Source: an uncultured Candidatus Saccharibacteria bacterium (GTDB lineage Bacteria; Patescibacteriota; Dojkabacteria; J137). From it: a stretch of 64,000 bases of DNA. The translations under genes were made by a program, and so were the position numbers. Below the pieces are notes generated by a model. It was given only the letters and a program-made list of their open reading frames with translations, did no database searches and had not been told where the DNA came from. The stretch lies in NCBI GenBank assembly GCA_965230975.1, contig OZ246402.1:379819-443818 (forward strand). Direction: 5' to 3'. The number at the start of each line of letters is the position of its first letter. Position 1 is the first letter of the stretch. Below are positions 19,917 to 29,583 of the stretch, piece after piece.

Positions 19917-19949
19917 TGTAAGGACTTTGTAAGAAACGATTTGTAGAAT
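19917..19949 (+). promoter_or_regulatory. Direct-repeat regulator box plus -10 element (copy 2)
   Basis: TGTAAG-gactt-TGTAAG, then 10 nt, then TAGAAT. Confidence 0.7.
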
Positions 19950-19955
19950 TATTTT

Positions 19956-20040
19956 ATCAGTTGAGGTGCTTTCTGGTAAAAGTCGAACTACTTACTAATA
20001 TATTTTGGGCGAACTTACTTGCAAAGCACGTCGGCTCGAT
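19956..20040 (+). other. Long imperfect hairpin in predicted 5' leader
   Basis: ATC-AGTTGA-GTGCTTT pairs with AAAGCAC-TCGGCT-GAT; begins 7 nt after the -10. Confidence 0.5.
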
Positions 20041-20065
20041 AAGCGTAGATAATTGTATTTTAAAT

Positions 20066-20548
20066 ATGCAAAAGCCAAATAACTATATTAATTCTGCTGT
20101 TATTTTTGCGGAGCAATTGCCAAAGTTAAATAGAGTCTTAAAAAGAGCAATAACTGGGATTTTATTCAGATACAAGATTTCATATTTAGAGTGGTTAATT
20201 ATTTTGAAAACCGTTAACCCCCAAGGTTTAAGTGATATTGCTAACGATTTGGGTATGATTGAAAGTGTTGTGTCTAAGTATGTTGTTCAACTTGAGAAAA
20301 AGGGTATTCTAGTTTCTGACTTTGATTTTACTGATAATAAGTTTAAGTTGATTTGTCATAATCCAGATTTTAAGGAATTGTTTCAAACTTTAAATAAAGA
20401 GATTGTCACTTATTTTGATAGTGTTTTAGGTATTTTAACCTACTCTGAGATTGAGAAATTAGGTGAATTATTGTTTAAGCTGAATGGAGAGTATATCTCT
20501 TATGTAAATCAAATTTTAGGTATACACCAAATGAGTGTACCAGAATGA
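20066..20548 (+). CDS. MarR-family transcriptional regulator
   Basis: ISYLEWLIIL...LSDIANDLGMIESVVSKYVVQLEKKGIL winged HTH; ATG at 20066 preferred over the upstream TTG. Confidence 0.8.
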   Translation: MQKPNNYINSAVIFAEQLPKLNRVLKRAITGILFRYKISYLEWLIILKTVNPQGLSDIANDLGMIESVVSKYVVQLEKKGILVSDFDFTDNKFKLICHNPDFKELFQTLNKEIVTYFDSVLGILTYSEIEKLGELLFKLNGEYISYVNQILGIHQMSVPE

Positions 20549-20653
20549 GCTTTTAGAAATAGAAGATTCTACAAACCATTACCAGTAATTGTATTTCAGA
20601 AGTCTTGAAAGTCAATGGATACCAAACCTATATACAAAAGGTGTGTACCTAAA
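20515..20653. repeat. Dispersed inverted-repeat element, copy 1
   Basis: TTTAGGTATACACC ... GGTGTGTACCTAAA; ends similar to 59539-59652. Confidence 0.65.
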
Positions 20654-20709
20654 TCTTAATAAAAAAAACTATATATGATCATCTATACTTAATGAGTTTC
20701 TAAAATTAT

Positions 20710-21654
20710 TCACTCAAACTTTTGTGGTAAATTCCCTTTACTTTTACTAACTCTTAATAGAATTGAAACTAAGTTTACAATTCCAATAAATGCTGCAAGA
20801 GCAATTACTACAATCATAAATGTAGACAAATTTTTGTTGGTAGTAAGTTGTGACTGTAATTCTTGGTTGGTGGTATCATTTGAACCAGTGGTGCTGGTTA
20901 CGGCGTCATTGGAATTATCTGTTGCAACGGAACTGTCTACTAAACATTCAGCCTTAAGATTCCCAATTTTAACTTGCATGGTATCAAAGATTGTTGCTGG
21001 GTCTGATCCTGGGCTGTTAGATATTACTAAAGAAGGGTAGAATCCGACATCAGTTGGATATGCGTTTACACTACTTATTAATATTTCTTCTCCTCCTTGA
21101 GAGTAATAACCAGAAATTGTACTACCTTTTCTTTCTACAATTAGTTTAAGGTTGTTCAAACTAGTTAACGTCTTAATAGGTTCTGCAACATAGCTTTTAC
21201 TATTTAAAGTTGGATTGTAAGTTATGTAAGTTCCCTTTGCATTTTTATGTGCAGATATTCTGTAAGAGTAGGGCACAACGTCAGAAGTTAAATTCATAAT
21301 AAAAACAAAAGATTCGCCTGCGTCGTAAGTTGCAGTGTAAGAATCAATATCTATACTTATTCTAAAATCGCCAGTCATTTCTTCAGATGCACCTGTTCTA
21401 ACAACACACCTTGCAGAACCTGCTGTGCAAGTTAATGTTGCTTTGCCACCTGTTTCAAAGGTTAAAGTACCATTATCCTGTGCATTTTTTGTCCACAAGC
21501 TTTGAGTTAAAGATTGATAGGTTGTGGGAACAGAGCACGTGGTTGCATTTGTAGGATTGGCGCTAAGTGTCGTTGCTTCTTGTGCAATAACTTTTGAGCC
21601 TGCTAAGCTAATTAAAATTCCAAATGCTAATACTAATTTTGTTTTAGAATTCAT
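20710..21654 (-). CDS. Secreted protein with C-terminal TM anchor (beta-rich)
   Basis: Signal peptide ending VIA-Q, Thr/Ser linker and C-terminal TM segment. Confidence 0.8.
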   Translation of the reverse strand: MNSKTKLVLAFGILISLAGSKVIAQEATTLSANPTNATTCSVPTTYQSLTQSLWTKNAQDNGTLTFETGGKATLTCTAGSARCVVRTGASEEMTGDFRISIDIDSYTATYDAGESFVFIMNLTSDVVPYSYRISAHKNAKGTYITYNPTLNSKSYVAEPIKTLTSLNNLKLIVERKGSTISGYYSQGGEEILISSVNAYPTDVGFYPSLVISNSPGSDPATIFDTMQVKIGNLKAECLVDSSVATDNSNDAVTSTTGSNDTTNQELQSQLTTNKNLSTFMIVVIALAAFIGIVNLVSILLRVSKSKGNLPQKFE

Positions 21655-21663
21655 ATTATTAAT

Positions 21664-23064
21664 TTAATAAGTTAAATCTGTACTTACTGCAGTTTCTATT
21701 CTGCCTGGGCCAGTGCCAAAAATAAACATATACATTTTACCGTTTTCGTAAAGCATATCTGTTGCGCCAAATCCATTGAAATCTAAAGTACCTTCTGTGC
21801 CTCTATACAAGTATCCATTTATATTCAATCCATTAGAAAAAGTTTCGTAGTCTAGCATACCATTGTTGTATTTAGTCCAACTCAAGCCGTCTGTGCTTGT
21901 GGCATAAGAAATTGACTGCATTCCAGTTTCTGGGGCACTTACATACCACATATGATATTTACCATTTAGTTTAACTACAGCAGGATTTCTCAAATACTTT
22001 GAATCTCTTGCTCCAGATAAACCATTACCTAATCTACCATTTGTACTTGTTGTATTTGTTTTGGCAGGGATAGTATTGTCAATTTTTGTCCAAGTTAGGC
22101 CATCTGGGCTTGTTGCCATGCCTATGTAGCCTGGGTCTACAGATGAATACCACATTTTGTAAATAGAATCTTCTTCGTCCCAAATCACCTCTGGAGAACA
22201 TGCATCAATCGCATCAAATCTACCGGATGTTCCATTCCCAACGCGGCCTTTTGTGCTTGTAGTATTAGATACAGTAGGTATTGTATTATCGTATTTTGTC
22301 CAAGTTAATCCATCTTTACTAGTAGCATAAAGTACAACCCTGTTAATGGTGTCATACCCACAGTACCACATTTTATATTCACCATCTTTGTATAAAACAG
22401 AAGGATTTGCAACAGACTTACTGTCCGCCCTACCTGCGGTTCCAACTGGAATTCTACCATTTGTTGATGTTGTATCTGAGTTTGTTGGTACAGAGTTGTC
22501 GTATTTAGTCCAAGTCATTAAATCATCACTTTCTGCATAATAAATTCTTGCAATGCCATTATCATCATCTCCTGTGTACCACATTTTGTATGTGTTCCCT
22601 ACCTTTAAAACTGTTGGATGTGACGTCCCTTTACTGTCGCCTGTCCCAGTTAGTCCTAAAGAAATTCTACCTGCAGTTGAAGTAGTATTTGTTGGTTCCT
22701 CTATTGCATTGTTTATTTTTACGAAGTTTGTAAAGTAATCTGGAGTAGTTTCAGCTTTAGTACTTTGATTAGTATTTTGCGTATTGTTTGCTGTAGGGCT
22801 TTGAGTGTTAAGCTGTGTTAAGGCATAAATAATAAACCCTACCAGCGCAATGATAATAATGACTATTATTACTAAAACAACATAAAACTTTGTATCATTG
22901 CGCTTAGGTGTAACAGGTTGTACAAAGTTTGACATTGGTGCCACTGGTTGTGTATATGCTGGTGTAGGGGAAGATGGCTGTGTGTAGCCTGGTGTTTGTA
23001 CAACAGGATTTACGGATGGTACTTCAGGTATTGGATTCATAGGAGTGTTCATATTTTTAGACAA
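21664..23064 (-). CDS. Membrane-anchored five-bladed beta-propeller, glycoside hydrolase-like
   Basis: Pro-rich N-terminus, one TM segment, four clear repeats of P.V...YKMWY...A.S.DGLTWTK. Confidence 0.8.
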   Translation of the reverse strand: MSKNMNTPMNPIPEVPSVNPVVQTPGYTQPSSPTPAYTQPVAPMSNFVQPVTPKRNDTKFYVVLVIIVIIIIALVGFIIYALTQLNTQSPTANNTQNTNQSTKAETTPDYFTNFVKINNAIEEPTNTTSTAGRISLGLTGTGDSKGTSHPTVLKVGNTYKMWYTGDDDNGIARIYYAESDDLMTWTKYDNSVPTNSDTTSTNGRIPVGTAGRADSKSVANPSVLYKDGEYKMWYCGYDTINRVVLYATSKDGLTWTKYDNTIPTVSNTTSTKGRVGNGTSGRFDAIDACSPEVIWDEEDSIYKMWYSSVDPGYIGMATSPDGLTWTKIDNTIPAKTNTTSTNGRLGNGLSGARDSKYLRNPAVVKLNGKYHMWYVSAPETGMQSISYATSTDGLSWTKYNNGMLDYETFSNGLNINGYLYRGTEGTLDFNGFGATDMLYENGKMYMFIFGTGPGRIETAVSTDLTY

Positions 23065-23108
23065 GAATATAATAATATACTATAAATAATTTAGAGTAAG
23101 ACTTCAAC

Positions 23109-24164
23109 TTATAAAACCTTGTAAAGGTCATAGTCTTTTATTGTTATTGAGCTTGCGCCTTCACCATAGATTTCTGTAAGAATATATGTTCCAAGTAAAG
23201 TTATTTTAGATTGTTCTTGTTTTTTTACCCAATCTGCTGATTTAAAGACTTTGCTGATAGGTATTACAATTTCATTATATGAACTTAATTCTATCGGAGT
23301 ATAGTTACTGAATAAATTCGAAAACTCAAAGCTTTGGGCCATTCCGTTGTAATCGTAATATACTATGTCATATTTATAAAAATCATTTGCAGATCTTCTA
23401 TCTAAAAACCCTTTAACATCGCACGGCAAATCTACTCCGTCACCACCTAAATTAATATCTGTACATAAATCAAAATTTGTAGTTTTAATCAAATTTAGTT
23501 CTAAAAAATATCTTCTTCCATCGCTGTCTTCTGCTCCGAAGGCAAGAAATATTCTATTTTTGTCTGTAGTTTTTAAAGTAGTAAATTCGTTAATTTTTAT
23601 TTTAAAAGATAGGTATATGTCTTGGTCTAGGGTGATAGGTTGTTTTAAGTACCAATCGTTAAATCCGTAAGCTGTATAATTATTTTTATCTACATTTTGT
23701 TCGAAATTGATTTTATCTAGCTTAAAGTTGATTTCGTATTTACTTGGGTTTTCTAAAGTTGGTACAAAAGAATAACTGTATCCACCTATCTTTCCCCAAT
23801 CAGCTACTGTGCCACCCGTAAAAAGATCGTTTTCTACTGTAGTTGAGAAAATCCATGGTCCATAACTCCCAGCATTAGTGCAGTCTCCTTCTGTTTCTTC
23901 AAACCACTTTGGTTGAGGTGCGGTTTTTTTTCTGCAATTTGAAGTAATTCCCGGAGAGAAAGTTAAAGATACCTTTTTTGGTTTATCTTCAATAGGCAAC
24001 GGAGTTACATTTTCAGAATTATTAGCATTATTAGTCTCAGATTCAAAATTATTCTTATCAATCTGTGCTTTATTTAATTGCAGAACAATTATTATTGCAA
24101 TAAAAATAAGTATTAAAATTAAGCCCAAAGAACCTATTAGTATTATTTTTTGAGTTTTAGTCAT
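23109..24164 (-). CDS. Hypothetical membrane-anchored exported protein
   Basis: N-terminal TM segment followed by a beta-rich domain; ATG at 24164 preferred. Confidence 0.78.
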   Translation of the reverse strand: MTKTQKIILIGSLGLILILIFIAIIIVLQLNKAQIDKNNFESETNNANNSENVTPLPIEDKPKKVSLTFSPGITSNCRKKTAPQPKWFEETEGDCTNAGSYGPWIFSTTVENDLFTGGTVADWGKIGGYSYSFVPTLENPSKYEINFKLDKINFEQNVDKNNYTAYGFNDWYLKQPITLDQDIYLSFKIKINEFTTLKTTDKNRIFLAFGAEDSDGRRYFLELNLIKTTNFDLCTDINLGGDGVDLPCDVKGFLDRRSANDFYKYDIVYYDYNGMAQSFEFSNLFSNYTPIELSSYNEIVIPISKVFKSADWVKKQEQSKITLLGTYILTEIYGEGASSITIKDYDLYKVL

Positions 24165-24230
24165 AAGCCATTCTAAATTTATATAGTTTATCAAAATTTA
24201 ATATAAGTTTGTTTAATTTGAACTCTGCTA

Positions 24231-24258
24231 TTGAAAATTTAACAATCCTTGCTAAAAT
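24231..24258 (+). promoter_or_regulatory. Sigma70 promoter of the thrS leader
   Basis: TTGAAA-16-TAAAAT with extended TG; -10 ends 7 nt before the leader ATG. Confidence 0.65.
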
Positions 24259-24265
24259 TACACCA

Positions 24266-24331
24266 ATGAAAAACACAAGATTTTTCACAACTTCAACACT
24301 TACAGTGTTAACAACAACTACAACCCCTTAA
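24266..24331 (+). CDS. Thr-rich leader peptide upstream of thrS
   Basis: MKNTRFFTTSTLTVLTTTTTP*, 10 Thr in 21 codons. Confidence 0.85.
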   Translation: MKNTRFFTTSTLTVLTTTTTP

Positions 24332-24488
24332 GGGGGACAAAAAACACATCCACAATTTAGGCCGCATATATAAATTCAACAAAATCAAACGTCAATGACG
24401 CAAAACTAATTTATTTTGTAAAAGCAGTAATAAGAGGATAAAATCAATCAGATCAAATAATAAGTAATTTAAAATTTAATTTAAAACA

Positions 24489-26240
24489 ATGAATAATTCC
24501 GAATACGAAAATTCGCAAATGTACAAAATCAGACATTCTGCCGAACATGTTTTTGCACAAGCAGTGAAAGAAATCTATGGAGATAAAGTGCAACTTGGCG
24601 TGGCTCACATATCTGAAGTAGGTTTTGCAAATGATGCAAAATGGAGTGTAGAACTTAAACCAGAAGATTTTGAAAAAATCGAAAAAAAGATGCAAGAGAT
24701 AATTGATGCAGATTTACCAATTGTTAGAAAGGAGATAAGCGTAGAAGAAGCAAGAGAGATGTTTAAGAATAATCCATTCAAATTAGAGTGGGTAGAGCAA
24801 TGGTCTAATGAAGGTAAAGGTTTAACAGTTTACTGGACAGGTGATTCTTATGTAGATTTATGCAAAGGCCCTCATGTAGAAAAGACAGGAGAAATTAAAG
24901 CGTTTAAATTAATGAATATTGCGGGTGCATATTGGCGAGGAGACGAGAAAAACGAGATGTTAACAAGAGTTTACGGTGTTGCATTTGAAAATAAAGAAGA
25001 GCTAGACAAATATTTATTTATGCTAGAAGAAGCTAAGAAACGAGACCATAAAATCTTAGGTCCAAAATTAGGGTTATTTATGTTCCATGAGTCTTCTCCA
25101 GGAATGCCATATTGGTTACCTAATGGTTTAAAACTTTATAATGAGTTAGTAGCTTTTTGGAGAAAAGAGCACGATATCCATAACTATAAAGAGATCTCAA
25201 GTCCGTTGTTGAATAAAAAAGAATTATATGAGACTTCTGGACATTGGGAACACTACAAAGATGACATGTTTATTGCAGATATGGGTGAAAATGAAGTTTA
25301 TGGAGTAAAACCAATGAACTGCCCTAATGCAATGTTGGTTTTCAAATCAATGCAAATTAGCTACAAAGATTTACCGTTAAGATTATCTGATACAGACAGA
25401 TTACACAGATACGAGAGATCTGGGACTTTAAATGGTTTGTTAAGAGTTAGATCGTTTCAGCAAGATGATTCTCATAACTATATCTCTGAAGATATGATTG
25501 AATCTGAATACGAACATGTTTTTGAACTTTGTAAGAAATTCTATTCAATTTTTGGCTTAGAATATTCTTTCAGAATGGGAACTAGACCAGAAGGATTCTT
25601 GGGAGATATAGAAACTTGGAATACTGCAGAAGAGGCTTTAAGAAAAGTTTTGTCAAAATCAGGCAAGGATTACTATATAGAAGAAGGTGATGGAGCATTT
25701 TATGGTCCAAAGGTAGACATTTTAATGAAGGATTCTTTGGGTAGACAATGGCAAATGGGAACTATTCAACTTGATTTTCAACAACCAAGAAGATTTGAAT
25801 TAGAATATACAGATAAAGATGGCAGTAAAAAAACTCCTATCGCAATTCATAGAGTTATTTATGGGTCTTTAGAAAGATTTATAGGTATTATTATTGAGCA
25901 TTTTGCTGGTAGTTTTCCTGTATGGATTTCACCTGTGCATGCAACAATATTGCCAATTTCTACAGATAAACATGGAGATTATGCCAATTCTTTAGCTAAA
26001 GAGTTAAAGTCGGCTGGTTTAAGGGTTGAAGTAGATTCAAATGCAGAGACTTTAGGTAATAGAATAAGGAAAGCTCAAGAGCAAAAAATCCCTTATGTAA
26101 TAGTAATTGGAGATAAAGAGATGCAAAATAATAGTGTTAATGTAAGATTAAGAGGTGGTGAATCTTTAGGAGAAATGAGTTTGGAAGAATTTAAAAACAG
26201 AACACTAGAAAAAATATCTTCAAAGGCGTTGGATTTGTGA
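24489..26240 (+). CDS. thrS: Threonine--tRNA ligase
   Basis: RHSAEH, DLCKGPH, KPMNCP, GLLRVRSF and HRVIYGSLERF motifs. Confidence 0.98.
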   Translation: MNNSEYENSQMYKIRHSAEHVFAQAVKEIYGDKVQLGVAHISEVGFANDAKWSVELKPEDFEKIEKKMQEIIDADLPIVRKEISVEEAREMFKNNPFKLEWVEQWSNEGKGLTVYWTGDSYVDLCKGPHVEKTGEIKAFKLMNIAGAYWRGDEKNEMLTRVYGVAFENKEELDKYLFMLEEAKKRDHKILGPKLGLFMFHESSPGMPYWLPNGLKLYNELVAFWRKEHDIHNYKEISSPLLNKKELYETSGHWEHYKDDMFIADMGENEVYGVKPMNCPNAMLVFKSMQISYKDLPLRLSDTDRLHRYERSGTLNGLLRVRSFQQDDSHNYISEDMIESEYEHVFELCKKFYSIFGLEYSFRMGTRPEGFLGDIETWNTAEEALRKVLSKSGKDYYIEEGDGAFYGPKVDILMKDSLGRQWQMGTIQLDFQQPRRFELEYTDKDGSKKTPIAIHRVIYGSLERFIGIIIEHFAGSFPVWISPVHATILPISTDKHGDYANSLAKELKSAGLRVEVDSNAETLGNRIRKAQEQKIPYVIVIGDKEMQNNSVNVRLRGGESLGEMSLEEFKNRTLEKISSKALDL

Positions 26241-26272
26241 AATACACTTTGCTGATAAATAAAGAAATAAAT

Positions 26273-26293
26273 GGCGCCGGCTGAGCCGGCGCC
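26273..26293. terminator. GC-rich terminator hairpin between convergent genes
   Basis: GGCGCCGGC-TGA-GCCGGCGCC. Confidence 0.75.
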
Positions 26294-26305
26294 TTAATAG
26301 CTTTC

Positions 26306-26758
26306 TTAATTAGGGTGTCCAGCCTTAGCTAGCCTTAATGACGTTTTTAAATGATCCATGTCTTTCTCGGGCATAAATCCATGAATTGCTTCCAATATAC
26401 TTTCTTCTTCTGCAACTGATAAAACGTTTGCATATACACCAGGTGTATTCTTTGCCAGAGTAAGAATATGTTCTATAAATTGGAGTAAAACTGTATACTT
26501 CTGCCTGTTAGTATCATTTATACCAACTTCAGTCAGTAGATCCATGTATATTTGCCCTGTTTTTGGGTAACTGTAGTTCCACCCTGCACTAGTGTCGGAA
26601 GTCTTCTCAACCTGATTGTTTTTCAAATAGGTTTCGTTATACCATGTTTTGAATCCTGAATGAGTAGCTAATAACCCCTTAATATATGCTTTTTCTGAAA
26701 CTTCCGTTCCAATTTCTTGTTGAGGAAGGAAGGGGGAGGTTACAACATTATCTGCCAT
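26306..26758 (-). CDS. Hypothetical protein
   Basis: 150-aa ORF. Confidence 0.7.
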   Translation of the reverse strand: MADNVVTSPFLPQQEIGTEVSEKAYIKGLLATHSGFKTWYNETYLKNNQVEKTSDTSAGWNYSYPKTGQIYMDLLTEVGINDTNRQKYTVLLQFIEHILTLAKNTPGVYANVLSVAEEESILEAIHGFMPEKDMDHLKTSLRLAKAGHPN

Positions 26759-26890
26759 AATAAAATCTTAATAAGTAATTATTTAATTCTATTAGATTTA
26801 GTGAATTATGGCAAATGTAAGCGGAAAAACGTATTCTCTACAAGTAGAATTCTTCTCTATATGCAAAAGTGTCAGTTATAACTGATTGCT

Positions 26891-28003
26891 TCAGGCAGAC
26901 ATTGGTAAATTTTCTGTGCGATCTGTAACTTGATCCGCAGCTTGTCTAAGATCACCCAGAGTTACAACATCTGGCTTTGCTGGTACTGCAGGTATTGATT
27001 CCTCTTGAATAAATGGTGGTTGCTTAAGTTTAAGTATTAATAACTCTATTTCATTGATAACATCTCTGGCGTATTTCTCCATGTTCAAGCTTGCATGCGG
27101 ACCTAAATTTTTGCAGAAACCTAACTCAAACTCAATGCCTTTCAAAATTGCTTTATTCGAGATAAGGTCAATTCCTTGCCTCTCAATTGCAATTTCTAGA
27201 ATACTGCATAGAACTTTAAGTTTTAATAATTTAAAAATTGAGTTAGAGTCATCTTCTCTATGCTCTATTGCTAGGCTTAATTCAACATCTAATTTTGAAA
27301 ATGCCTGCCTGTATTTATCTGCAATTTTAACTAAGGCTAGTTTAATATTATTTACAAACTCTGTGCTTATCTCTAACCTATTGTTTCTTACAATATTAAC
27401 GAATCCATTCTCGCTCTCATCTACATAATCTGGCCCTATATTATAAATAAACAAAATAGAAGCGATAAATAAAGGACTTAGCTCGTTAAAAATGTTTGAT
27501 TCATCTATGCCTAAATCCTTAGCTATTTTTCTTATTGTCTGTAATGACATTTGTATATTTAATATCCTTCGCCTTTCTACCTGCCCTTTTGCTTTAGAAA
27601 ATGGAGACTCTGGATGTTCAATCTCTTCAATAAGTCCGAGAACTCGCATATATGTTTGTTCATCATCTACATTCACGGTTGTAAATGCATTTAAATTCAT
27701 TATAACGTCTACGTATCTGTAATCGTAATTGAATTCAACCATATTAGTTGTAATATTTTTTGGCTGAATACAACCGCACTGTATTAATATATTTAAGACG
27801 GAGACTCTAGTGTTTACACCTTTGTGCTCTTTGCTGGGTACATCTATATAGTAATTTGCTAGTCTCTCTTCTACTTGCTTAGGCAACTCTTTCCTAAATT
27901 CAAAATTATTATTCCATATTAGTGCTAGGTCAGCTTCTTCTAGACCTTCAAAAATCCTCTTTAAAGAGTTAGATTCGTCAGGTGCCCTTTCTATTGCATT
28001 CAA
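26891..28003 (-). CDS. Hypothetical protein
   Basis: 370-aa ORF; start codon uncertain. Confidence 0.75.
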   Translation of the reverse strand: MNAIERAPDESNSLKRIFEGLEEADLALIWNNNFEFRKELPKQVEERLANYYIDVPSKEHKGVNTRVSVLNILIQCGCIQPKNITTNMVEFNYDYRYVDVIMNLNAFTTVNVDDEQTYMRVLGLIEEIEHPESPFSKAKGQVERRRILNIQMSLQTIRKIAKDLGIDESNIFNELSPLFIASILFIYNIGPDYVDESENGFVNIVRNNRLEISTEFVNNIKLALVKIADKYRQAFSKLDVELSLAIEHREDDSNSIFKLLKLKVLCSILEIAIERQGIDLISNKAILKGIEFELGFCKNLGPHASLNMEKYARDVINEIELLILKLKQPPFIQEESIPAVPAKPDVVTLGDLRQAADQVTDRTENLPMSA

Positions 28004-28169
28004 TATATCTGTTTCTGTCGCGTAGAGTTTTGTAATAGTGTAATATCTAATAATTAACTCTTAATGATATTAAAAATCCCCTTTTTTTTCAACCTTATTC
28101 CCTTTTGCTACTTGCAGATTTTGCTTGTTTCTAGTATCATTCAAATGCTTAAATTATTCGAAATAAATC

Positions 28170-28484
28170 ATGTCTAAATTTGCAATCGTAAAATTGGGTA
28201 CAAGCCAATACAATATTGAAGAAGGAAAAACATACGAAGTAACACAATTCAAAGCTGAAAACGGCAAACTAAGCATTGAAAATGTATTAGCAGCAGGAGA
28301 CGAAAAATCAATCGTAGTTGGCAAACCAACTATCGAAAAGGCAGTTGTAGAAATTGAAGTATTATCTACAGAAAAAGGTGAAAAAGTAACAAGTAGAATA
28401 TACAAAGCAAAATCAAGATATAGAAGAACAAGAGGCTTTAGAAAACAAGTAGTTAAATTCAAAGTTCTAAGTATTAAATATTAA
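28170..28484 (+). CDS. rplU: 50S ribosomal protein L21
   Basis: FAIVKLGTSQYNIEEG, VGKP and KSRYRRTRGFRKQ motifs. Confidence 0.96.
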   Translation: MSKFAIVKLGTSQYNIEEGKTYEVTQFKAENGKLSIENVLAAGDEKSIVVGKPTIEKAVVEIEVLSTEKGEKVTSRIYKAKSRYRRTRGFRKQVVKFKVLSIKY

Positions 28485-28495
28485 GCTAATAGCAA

Positions 28496-28858
28496 ATGGC
28501 ACATTCCGCAAGTACAGGATCCGCAAAACGAACAGTAGACGTAATTGGAAAAAGACTAGGAATCAAAAGATTCGGTGGTCAAATTGTTAATGCTGGTGAA
28601 ATAATCGTAAGACAAAGAGGTTCAGAATTTTACCCTGGCAAAAATACAGATCAAGGTAGAGACTTTACAATCTTTTCTAAAATTAACGGGATTGTTTCTT
28701 TTAGGCAAATGACAGGCTACAAAAGAAATCAAAAATATGTAGACGTTTTACCTGAAGAAGTAAAAGTTGCAAAAAAGGCACCAAAGTCAGAATCTGAAGA
28801 AGTTAAAGCAGAAAAGAAACCTGTAGCTAAAAAAACTACAAAAAAAGTAACAAAATAA
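28496..28858 (+). CDS. rpmA: 50S ribosomal protein L27 with Lys/Glu-rich tail
   Basis: MAH...KRLGIKRFGGQ...GEIIVRQRG...GRDFTIF. Confidence 0.96.
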   Translation: MAHSASTGSAKRTVDVIGKRLGIKRFGGQIVNAGEIIVRQRGSEFYPGKNTDQGRDFTIFSKINGIVSFRQMTGYKRNQKYVDVLPEEVKVAKKAPKSESEEVKAEKKPVAKKTTKKVTK

Positions 28859-28875
28859 ATTGAAATAAGAATTCT

Positions 28876-28905
28876 AAAAGCCCCGACTTTGTCGGGGCTT
28901 TTTTT
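28876..28905. terminator. Bidirectional intrinsic terminator
   Basis: AAAAGCCCCGAC-TTT-GTCGGGGCTTTTTTT. Confidence 0.92.
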
Positions 28906-28921
28906 ATGCTTTTAATATTTT

Positions 28922-29416
28922 TTACTGCTCTTTAGATTCAATACTCTCTAAAATGTGGTTGCATAAATTAAAGTATACTTTTTCAAATAACCAAGGCATA
29001 CTTCCAGGTTTAAAAATCTCATCTACATTTGTAGAATACTCAATAATTCCATATTTACGTTTTGCAGCATGCTTTCTAATAGAATTAACCTCTCCAACTT
29101 CAATCCTGGCTTTGTACCTAAACTCATGAATAAAATTCACTAGATTTGCATCATCAAAGTAAAATCCGGTTTGATCATATCTATTTAATAAAAAGGTATA
29201 AGCATCTTTTCTGTTATATCTTTTGCCCATAATAATATCTGCATCTGGACCAATCAGAACGCTTACAAATTCCCTTAGGTTTTGATCCATTTTCTTTATA
29301 AGCATAAAAAGCTGTCCTTTTTCATCTTGAGAGTAATCTTCTGGAGAATCACCAAACCCTACAATAAATGCATCTAGGTCAGGAGTAATATTTCCATCTA
29401 AATCATCCATAAACAA
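28922..29416 (-). CDS. Hypothetical protein
   Basis: 164-aa ORF. Confidence 0.65.
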   Translation of the reverse strand: MFMDDLDGNITPDLDAFIVGFGDSPEDYSQDEKGQLFMLIKKMDQNLREFVSVLIGPDADIIMGKRYNRKDAYTFLLNRYDQTGFYFDDANLVNFIHEFRYKARIEVGEVNSIRKHAAKRKYGIIEYSTNVDEIFKPGSMPWLFEKVYFNLCNHILESIESKEQ

Positions 29417-29583
29417 TATATAAAAAATATTGTTAGGATTATCTTTCTATATTGCTTTTTGAATTTGACAGATTGTGTCTAAATGCTTGTGTATTTAGAC
29501 ATTTGGAGTAGAAATTTAAAAATTAGGGATTAGGAGAATTTATTCAATGGTTCCAAAAGGTGTTTTAGAAAATCAGTAGAGCT

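Noticed and set aside
19961-20065. TTG-started N-terminal extension of the MarR protein
   Set aside because: The region folds as a hairpin leader, and the ATG at 20066 gives a normal MarR length.
24332-24488. T-box or intrinsic attenuator terminator upstream of thrS
   Set aside because: No GGTGGNACC motif and no GC stem followed by a U-tract.
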